Origin: Patescibacteria group bacterium
GTDB taxonomy: Bacteria > Patescibacteriota > UBA1384 > UBA12157 > JAENIV01
Assembly (NCBI GenBank): GCA_049515915.1
Contig: JBEKTP010000004.1
Coordinates: 12,709-76,708 of the forward strand
Length of the DNA stretch: 64,000 bases
Reading direction: 5' to 3'
Shown: piece after piece, positions 57,593-64,000 of the stretch
Layout of the letters: the number at the start of each line of letters is the position of its first letter
How positions within the stretch are numbered: position 1 is the stretch's first letter
The notes under the pieces: generated by a model
What the model saw: only the letters and a program-made list of their open reading frames with translations
What the model was told of the DNA's origin: nothing
The model's database searches: none
Translations under genes and position numbers: made by a program

Positions 57593-58134
57593 TTGATTAA
57601 CTTCTCCAAAAAATCCAAATCAATTTTTTGAAAATGGTCAAAGCCGGGCAAAACGTGAAGTTTACCCCCGAGTTTTTTCGCATATTTTTGGCCATGCTTT
57701 AACGGCACCGCCATGTCATCGGCTTCATAAACCAAATCAAACTGCGGAGAGTTAGCTTTAATTTTTGGCCAGTCAAAACCGCCAGCAAAGAAATTATCAA
57801 TCGCCCCAAACTTCATTGCGTCATAGGGCGTCGCGACCAAAATCACCTGCTTAATTTTTCCAGGTGCTTTTTCTAAATAGCGTAAAATCGCCACGCCGCC
57901 CAGCGAATGGCCGATTAAAACCCAATTCTCATCCGGTTTAAAACTCTCGATAATCCTCACCCATTCCTCTTTTTTGGGAAAATAATTTCCCGGCAGCTCT
58001 GGAGATTCAACGCGAAAGCCTACCTTCTCAAATCTTTCTCGAGCTTCGGGGAACCAATGTTCTTTAGGCGAGGCATTCCAACCGTGTAAAATTAAAATCT
58101 TACTTAGTTTTTTCATTTTCTTTCGCCGGTACAT
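57589..58134 (-). CDS. Alpha/beta-hydrolase (YdeN/RBBP9-like serine esterase)
   Basis: 181 aa; GHSLGG nucleophile elbow, C-terminal D/H. Confidence 0.75.
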   Translation of the reverse strand: MYRRKKMKKLSKILILHGWNASPKEHWFPEARERFEKVGFRVESPELPGNYFPKKEEWVRIIESFKPDENWVLIGHSLGGVAILRYLEKAPGKIKQVILVATPYDAMKFGAIDNFFAGGFDWPKIKANSPQFDLVYEADDMAVPLKHGQKYAKKLGGKLHVLPGFDHFQKIDLDFLEKLIK

Positions 58135-58372
58135 TGTCTTCAGCCACCTCCACTTTTTTTACTTTCCAAATAATGAGAAAACTGCCGACGACAAAGAGGA
58201 CCATCGCAAAAGCCCTGAAAATATCGTTCATTACCCCCGAGGATAAACCCGGAATTAACAAAATAAACGCCGCCGTGTAAACCAAAAATCCCAAGCCCGA
58301 TCGGGCTTGCTTGGTGGTAAACGCATAACCGGCGGTGAAGAGCGAGATGATCGCCAAAAATGTTTGATCCAT
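58100..58372 (-). CDS. Hypothetical small membrane protein (90 aa, 3 TM)
   Basis: Hydropathy only. Confidence 0.45.
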   Translation of the reverse strand: MDQTFLAIISLFTAGYAFTTKQARSGLGFLVYTAAFILLIPGLSSGVMNDIFRAFAMVLFVVGSFLIIWKVKKVEVAEDNVPAKENEKTK

Positions 58373-58381
58373 TTTTCTCCT

Positions 58382-58987
58382 TTACTTTAATTGGCCAAAA
58401 ATTAACATTTGATTTTGTTCAAGTTGAATATCGCTCACTTTATAATTAGTGTAAAGCGGCGCAAAATTTTGCTCCATCACCGCATTAAACGATTTTTCTA
58501 AGTTCGACTTGAGGATACCCGGGAGGCTAAACTTCCAACTCTTAATTTGAAGAATGCTAAAATAGACTTTATCATTTGACACTTTGGGTAAAATTTTTAT
58601 CGTAATGGGGATTTTGACAAAACTTTGATAATCGGCCGTCACAATTATTTGGGCCGGGTTAATTTGAGCTTGAGGATTTGAAAGGCCCGAATCGACATTT
58701 TGTAAGAGAGCGGTTAAGTCTCCTGAAGTGACGGTGACTTCAAGCGTCGGTTCTTTTTGGGAAAAGTCAATTTGCGAGATGACGTTTTTATTGGAAGAAG
58801 CCGCCGGTAAATTGAGCTTCGAAGTGTTAAAATCCCGAATAACCATAATCAACAAGATGGCCAAAATACCAAAGATTAAAACAAAAAAAATTATCAAAGT
58901 ATAGGAAGTACAACAGCTCTTCTTCTCCGTTTTTTGATCAAGTTCATGATAGAAATCAGCTTCCTCTTTCTTCGGTGCTTCCGGCAA
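58382..58987 (-). CDS. Hypothetical membrane-anchored protein (201 aa)
   Basis: One N-terminal TM then beta-rich extracytoplasmic region; overlaps murJ 3' end. Confidence 0.45.
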   Translation of the reverse strand: MPEAPKKEEADFYHELDQKTEKKSCCTSYTLIIFFVLIFGILAILLIMVIRDFNTSKLNLPAASSNKNVISQIDFSQKEPTLEVTVTSGDLTALLQNVDSGLSNPQAQINPAQIIVTADYQSFVKIPITIKILPKVSNDKVYFSILQIKSWKFSLPGILKSNLEKSFNAVMEQNFAPLYTNYKVSDIQLEQNQMLIFGQLK

Positions 58988-60560
58988 GGGACCTCCCCGT
59001 CAATTTTGATAAGACCACTTTAATCGAGGCGATTTCTTCGCAGTCAAGGATCCAGGTCAAAACCAGAAAAACAGCTGTTCCGACAACGGCGGCCACCGCC
59101 GTTTGAGCCAAGACGCCCCAAACGCGATGAAGATTAAAAGCCTCGCCTAAGATAATTGCTTCCCACATCGCCGCCGTCATCACCGCCGACGCGCCTAAAA
59201 CTTTGCCCGCAAAAATCAATAAAGAACGCTCGTCGATTTTAATTTTCGATCTTAAAATCACATACAAAACAGCCGCGTTGATAAACCCGCCGATGGAATA
59301 AGCCATCGCCAAACCGCTCACCCCCGTTTTCGGCGTCAGTAAGTAGCCGAAGAAAACCGAAACGACGACGGTGATTACCGTCGCCATCATCGGGATTCGG
59401 GTATTATGAAGAGCATAAAAGGCCCGGGCTAAAAGCGGCACGAGACTTGTAAAAACTAAGGCTAAAGCAAAATAACCTAAACAACTGGCCGTGTCCAAAG
59501 TTTGCCCCCAGCCAAAATGACCGGACCCCAAAATGAGCCGGACAATTTGCTCTTTTAAAATATAGACGGCAAAAACAATCGGAATCATAAAAAACAAGAT
59601 TGATCTTAGGCTTTTCATAAAATAGCCGGAAAATTGCTCATGATTATTTTCGGAGGCCTTTCGGGAAAGGGTGGGAAAAATGGCCATCGCGAAAGAAGTG
59701 CCGAAAACAATCATCGGCATGGTTTGAATATTATCGGCCAAATTATAAACCGCCACGGCCGTGCCACTCAAAACCGAGGCAATACTCGTAAAAAAGAGGA
59801 GTAAAATCTGGTTGGCCCCCAGCCCCAGGGCCCGCGGCAGCATCAGTTTGCCAATGCGCCGGACGAAGCTGCTTTTGAGATCAAAAACCTTCTGCCAACG
59901 AAAGCCTAACCGGATAGCGACCGGAATTTGAATCGCCATGTGTAAAAAAGCCCCCGCCACGACCGCCACTGAGACCCCAACCACGCCGTATCTGGCGGTA
60001 AAAAAGAGTGTGCCGGCGATAATCGAAAGATTATAGACTAAGGGAGACAATGAATAAACCGTGAAGCGTTGAAAAGAATTAAGAATGGCCCCGAAAATAT
60101 AGGAAAGCCCAAAGAAAATCGGCGTTAGAAGCATGATCCTCGCGAGTTTTACCGTCAATCCTTGCTGAGCGGCGTTGAAACCGTGGACATAAATCGGCAC
60201 GATGCTGGGCATAAAAAGACCTAAAACCAGACAGGAGAAAACCAGCGAAATAATGGCGATGTTAATGACAGAACTGGCTGTCCGCCAGGCCTCATCATGA
60301 CGTTTATCGGTAATCAGCGCGGAAAAAACGGGAATAAAAGCAGCCGAGATCGCGCCTAAAATTAAAGTATTAAAAATTAAATCAGGAATGCGAAAAGCGG
60401 CGTAGTAGACCGAGAGGGTGTCGGTCGGGATTTTCTGAGTCAAGTAGTGATCGCGAATCATCCCCAAGATATTGGACAAAAAAAGCGTTACGATCAGAAT
60501 GATGGCCGCCGCCGAAAGTGAATTTTTCCCATTAAAAAAAGTGCCTAGAAATTTCCTCAT
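58956..60560 (-). CDS. murJ: Lipid II flippase MurJ (MviN)
   Basis: 534 aa, 14 TM; AAFRIPDLIFNTLILGAISAAFIPVFS signature. Confidence 0.9.
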   Translation of the reverse strand: MRKFLGTFFNGKNSLSAAAIILIVTLFLSNILGMIRDHYLTQKIPTDTLSVYYAAFRIPDLIFNTLILGAISAAFIPVFSALITDKRHDEAWRTASSVINIAIISLVFSCLVLGLFMPSIVPIYVHGFNAAQQGLTVKLARIMLLTPIFFGLSYIFGAILNSFQRFTVYSLSPLVYNLSIIAGTLFFTARYGVVGVSVAVVAGAFLHMAIQIPVAIRLGFRWQKVFDLKSSFVRRIGKLMLPRALGLGANQILLLFFTSIASVLSGTAVAVYNLADNIQTMPMIVFGTSFAMAIFPTLSRKASENNHEQFSGYFMKSLRSILFFMIPIVFAVYILKEQIVRLILGSGHFGWGQTLDTASCLGYFALALVFTSLVPLLARAFYALHNTRIPMMATVITVVVSVFFGYLLTPKTGVSGLAMAYSIGGFINAAVLYVILRSKIKIDERSLLIFAGKVLGASAVMTAAMWEAIILGEAFNLHRVWGVLAQTAVAAVVGTAVFLVLTWILDCEEIASIKVVLSKLTGRSLAGSTEERGS

Positions 60561-60758
60561 ATGTCCTCAGTTTAAGGTTTTTAGCGGCTAAAAACAAGGT
60601 TTCCCGATAATTCAAAAATTATAGAGCTGTTAAACGACTTTAAGTATTGGGAAACGGTGAAAAGGAAAATGATAGTTTAAAGAATAACCTAGTTGCCAAC
60701 AATAAACGACTGGTTTGTGTGTCTTGTAAAACTCTCGAGCTTGAATCATAATTTAAAT

Positions 60759-61400
60759 ATGTCAAATGATTCTATAAGAAAACCCGTTTATGCTTTTATT
60801 GATGCCTCCAATCTTTTTTATGGCGGCGAAAAGAGTTTAGGCTGGAAAATTGATTATAAAAAACTTTTGAACTATCTTAAGGACAAATATAAAATCAGCA
60901 AAGCTTTTTATTATGGTGGTATTGAAACTTTTGGTTTTGAATATTCGGTTTTGAGTGGAAAACAAATTGATCTTAAAATTTTATTGAAATATTTAAAAAG
61001 TGAAATTAGAAAACCAAAAATTTCTGAAGAAAAAGTTGTCTTAATCGGCAGAAGTATAAAAAGGGTTGAATTCTATTTGCATTTAGATCAATTTGGCTAT
61101 CATTTATATCTTAAGCCGGTGAAAATTTTCAAAGACGAAAACGGTCACCAGAGCAAAAAAGCTAACTGTGATGTGGATATGACCTTCGATATGATGCGCT
61201 ATATGGGACAATATTCTGGATTAATTGCTTTAACTGGAGATGGTGATTTTGCCCCAGTTTTGTACTATCTTAAGAAACATGGCAGAACTATAACAATACT
61301 TGCTCGGGGCGAAAGAACGGCGAAAGAAATCAAGCAATTAGCAGGAAGTGATTTTAGAGATTTTAACTATCTAAGAGAGATTTTAAAATTTGAGAAATAA
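60759..61400 (+). CDS. NYN-domain (LabA/DUF88-like PIN-fold) predicted ribonuclease
   Basis: Track ORF 60693..61400; likely start ATG 60759 (MSNDSIRKPVYAFIDASNLFYGG...CDVDMTFDMM...LTGDGDFAPV). Confidence 0.7.
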   Translation: MSNDSIRKPVYAFIDASNLFYGGEKSLGWKIDYKKLLNYLKDKYKISKAFYYGGIETFGFEYSVLSGKQIDLKILLKYLKSEIRKPKISEEKVVLIGRSIKRVEFYLHLDQFGYHLYLKPVKIFKDENGHQSKKANCDVDMTFDMMRYMGQYSGLIALTGDGDFAPVLYYLKKHGRTITILARGERTAKEIKQLAGSDFRDFNYLREILKFEK

Positions 61401-61615
61401 AAACAAAAGAGGAGACTCATATAGAATCTCCCCCATGTTTAGTACTTATATCTTATCAAATTCATCTTAATTTGTCAAGACTGTCTCTAACAAAAAAACG
61501 GCTACCCATTTGCCGCTTTTTAATTGGATTCTTCCCCTACTGGACACATTCAGAACTCGAGCTTATTATAGAGCGATTATGGATATGTATATCATTATTC
61601 CCGAACTGCCTAGCC

Positions 61616-62635
61616 TTAAATGATATCCTCATCGTCATCGTCGTCGCTTTTGACACCATGACGATGACTCCTTTTATTTTTAATAAACCAAATCAAAAAC
61701 ACAATTAAGGTCACCACAACCGCAATACCGACATAAAGGAGAATTGATAAAGTCGAGGCTGAACCGCTGATTTTCGTCACTAAAAACCCGGAACTGGCCG
61801 GCGTCAGAGCGGACGTGGCGGTCGGGGTCGGCGTGGCATTGACCGCCACACTCGAGGTGCTATTAGAAGTTGCTGAGCTGGTGGTTGACTTAGGGGTGGA
61901 TTGAGTCTTCGTGCTTTGAGTCGTCGTGTTCTGACTTGTCGACACACTGGGCGTGGGGGTCGGAGTCGCGGTTGGGGTAGCCGTCGGCGCCGTGGTGGCA
62001 GTTCCTAAAATCATTGTCCAGCCACTGGCCGAAGTGAGAATATTAATGCCATTCGAATTTAGAACGGCCGCTCCGGCATTACCGTTATGTGGATCAAAAC
62101 TAAAAGATGTTTGGCCGGCTTTTATAACCCTAAATTCCACCACCGCCAGCCGAGCCGTCCCACCGGTGTATGACCCGCCCGTACTACTAAACGTCAAATC
62201 AATTTTTCCCGTCTGCGCGCCCGAGCCGTTCACTTCAACGGTTTTTTGAGTGACCGCCAGATTGTTTAAAGCTGAAGGGGTGATTTGATATAAACCACCG
62301 CTACTTTCGACCTGGACGGCCGTCGGATCATAATTAAGCGAAGCAATTCGAATCTCCTGGATTTGAGATTGAACGTCCGCTCCCAGCTGAACGGCAAAGG
62401 TAAAATCGTCGCCGACAGCGTAGCTTTGACTACCCGAAATAATGCTTAAACTGGCCTGGTTGACATCCGCTTTTGAGCTGATCTGCCCCGTTAAAAGTAA
62501 CGTCAAAAAAGTGGCTATCCCGATCGTGAGAGCGGCGATAATTAAAAAATAAGTGAGTTGAAGTCGCTTGGGTAAGCGTTCCCATTTGCGTTGAAAATGA
62601 TCGGCCATCTTCCCTCCTGCTTTTTGAGTGCCCAA
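61616..62635 (-). CDS. Cell-surface protein: N-terminal TM, beta-sandwich domain, Thr/Pro-rich linker, C-terminal TM anchor + poly-Asp tail
   Basis: 339 aa; TATPTATPTPTP and STSQNTTTQSTKTQSTPKSTTSSATSNSTSS low-complexity linker; LSILLYVGIAVVVTLIVFLIWFI then KNKRSHRHGVKSDDDDDEDII. Confidence 0.55.
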   Translation of the reverse strand: MGTQKAGGKMADHFQRKWERLPKRLQLTYFLIIAALTIGIATFLTLLLTGQISSKADVNQASLSIISGSQSYAVGDDFTFAVQLGADVQSQIQEIRIASLNYDPTAVQVESSGGLYQITPSALNNLAVTQKTVEVNGSGAQTGKIDLTFSSTGGSYTGGTARLAVVEFRVIKAGQTSFSFDPHNGNAGAAVLNSNGINILTSASGWTMILGTATTAPTATPTATPTPTPSVSTSQNTTTQSTKTQSTPKSTTSSATSNSTSSVAVNATPTPTATSALTPASSGFLVTKISGSASTLSILLYVGIAVVVTLIVFLIWFIKNKRSHRHGVKSDDDDDEDII

Positions 62636-62668
62636 CCAGAATAAAAACTCCCTTATTAAAATATACTC

Positions 62669-64000
62669 TTACTTGAAAAGCTTATCAAATTCGGGTCCTT
62701 CCACCGTTTCTTCTTTGACCAGCTTGTCGGCCAGTTTTTTTAAGAGCCCTTGGTGTTTTTTTAAAATTTCGGTCGCTTTTTTTTGAGCTTCGGCCAAAAT
62801 TTTCGAGACTTCCTCATCAATTTCACCGGCGATTTTTTCGGAATAATTTCTTTCTTCATGAATTTCGCGCCCTAAAAAAATCATTTCCTCTTTATCGCCC
62901 AAGACGACCGGGCCGAATTTATCCGACATGCCGTAGACTTTAACCATATCGCGCGCCACCCCGGTCGCCCGCCGAAGATCATTTTGGGCGCCGGTCGTGA
63001 CTTGGCCAAAAACTATTTTTTCGCTGACATAACCACCCAAAAGTTGAGTGATATCATCTTTGAATTTCGCCACCGAGTAGAGCTTTCGATCTTCCGTCGG
63101 CAACGACCACGTATAACCTAACGCCATCCCCCGCGAAACGACTGAGACTTTATGAACAGGGTCGCAATCCGGCAAAAGCTTGCCCAAAATGGCATGGCCG
63201 GCTTCATGATAAGCCGAGATTGATTTTTCTTTAACCGACATCAAGTGAGATTTTCTTTCCGGCCCGAGCATGACTTTTTCGATAGCGCCGCTTAAATCTT
63301 CTTGAATAATTTCTTTACGATCACCCCGGGCGGCTAAAATCGCCCCTTCATTCATAATATTTCTTAAATCAGCCCCCGAAAGGCCGGCTGTCTGACGGGC
63401 GATGACTTCAAAATCAATATTCTTGGACAACGGCTTGCCCCGCGAGTGAATTTTTAAAATTGCATCCCGTTCCCGAAGATCAGGCAGATCAATGACAATG
63501 CGGCGGTCAAAGCGGCCGGGACGAAGTAAAGCAGGATCCAAAACATCGGGCCGGTTCGTCGCGGCCGTCACGATCACTTGAGTATCGGTTTCAAAACCGT
63601 CCATCTCCACCAAGATTTGATTAAGAGTTTGCTCGCGCTCATCATGCGAACCCCCTAAGCCCGCCCCGCGCTGGCGGCCAACGGCATCAAGCTCATCGAT
63701 AAAAAGAATCGCCGGTGCATTCCGCTTGGCTTTTTGAAAAAGGTCCCTCACTCTAGCCGCGCCCACGCCAACGAACATTTCGACAAACTCCGAAGCCGAG
63801 ATGGAGAAAAAGGGCACGCCCGCCTCACCCGCCACCGCTCGAGCCAAAAGAGTTTTGCCGGTCCCGGGTGGCCCAACCAGTAAAACACCTTTGGGAATTT
63901 CCGCCCCTAAAGATTTAAACTTGGCCGGGCTACGTAAAAATTCTACCACTTCTTCCAGTTCTTGTTTAGGCTCAACCAAACCGGCGACATCTTTAAAAGT
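62669..64000 (-). CDS. ftsH: ATP-dependent zinc metalloprotease FtsH (C-terminal ~440 aa; N-terminus beyond window end)
   Basis: AAA+ Walker A/B ([26 protein letters not shown]), SRH, and M41 HEAGHAI zinc motif; the track's M at 63979 is internal, and the ORF runs to the window edge. Confidence 0.95.
   Translation of the reverse strand, partial: TFKDVAGLVEPKQELEEVVEFLRSPAKFKSLGAEIPKGVLLVGPPGTGKTLLARAVAGEAGVPFFSISASEFVEMFVGVGAARVRDLFQKAKRNAPAILFIDELDAVGRQRGAGLGGSHDEREQTLNQILVEMDGFETDTQVIVTAATNRPDVLDPALLRPGRFDRRIVIDLPDLRERDAILKIHSRGKPLSKNIDFEVIARQTAGLSGADLRNIMNEGAILAARGDRKEIIQEDLSGAIEKVMLGPERKSHLMSVKEKSISAYHEAGHAILGKLLPDCDPVHKVSVVSRGMALGYTWSLPTEDRKLYSVAKFKDDITQLLGGYVSEKIVFGQVTTGAQNDLRRATGVARDMVKVYGMSDKFGPVVLGDKEEMIFLGREIHEERNYSEKIAGEIDEEVSKILAEAQKKATEILKKHQGLLKKLADKLVKEETVEGPEFDKLFK

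Overview
This 64-kb window is a low-GC (about 40%) chromosome segment packed with housekeeping genes, about 80% of them on the minus strand. The compact genes, class-I LysRS, a short AlaRS lacking the C-terminal domain, a 4-domain S1, a J-domain protein without a zinc finger, and many small membrane proteins are consistent with a Candidate Phyla Radiation / Patescibacteria-like bacterium. That assignment is inference only. The genetic code is standard: TGA, TAA and TAG all terminate genes (for example recG ends in TGA). Core content: secA (partial)-hpf-serS; lysK-greA; mrdA-mreD-mreC-mreB; mltG-ruvX; ftsA; alaS; rpsA; secG; miaA; recG; a sugar-metabolism cluster (glgA-galE-GT2-GT4-histidine phosphatase-GT2/HAD fusion-galT); ruvC; yebC; grpE-dnaK-dnaJ; sufU/iscU; eno; lepA; cca; murJ; ftsH (partial). 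There are 9 tRNA genes: Leu-TAA, Phe-GAA, Val-TAC, Leu-GAG, Leu-CAG, Cys-GCA, Gly-GCC, Leu-TAG, Lys-TTT. The accessory or unusual content is as follows. (1) A complete diversity-generating retroelement (DGR) at 3.5-6.2 kb: a reverse transcriptase (RT), a divergent Avd, a 127-bp template repeat (TR), and a 127-bp variable repeat (VR) at the 3' end of a GC-rich target gene, with 23/23 TR/VR mismatches at TR adenines. Its RT is split by a frameshift inside a (TC)10 microsatellite, and a GC hairpin plus terminator lie downstream of the VR. (2) tRNA-Phe(GAA) is interrupted by a 210-nt group I intron between U33 and G34. (3) A free-standing LAGLIDADG-like endonuclease overlaps tRNA-Gly, and an HNH endonuclease abuts tRNA-Leu next to a DUF4258/DUF2283 pair whose toxin gene carries an in-frame TAG. 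(4) A GC-rich island lies downstream of tRNA-Lys (FkbM methyltransferase, DedA), followed by an MNT/HEPN toxin-antitoxin-like cassette bracketed by ~48-bp direct repeats. (5) A GC-rich 58-aa peptide with 7 Cys is present. No CRISPR array, rRNA or insertion-sequence transposase was seen.
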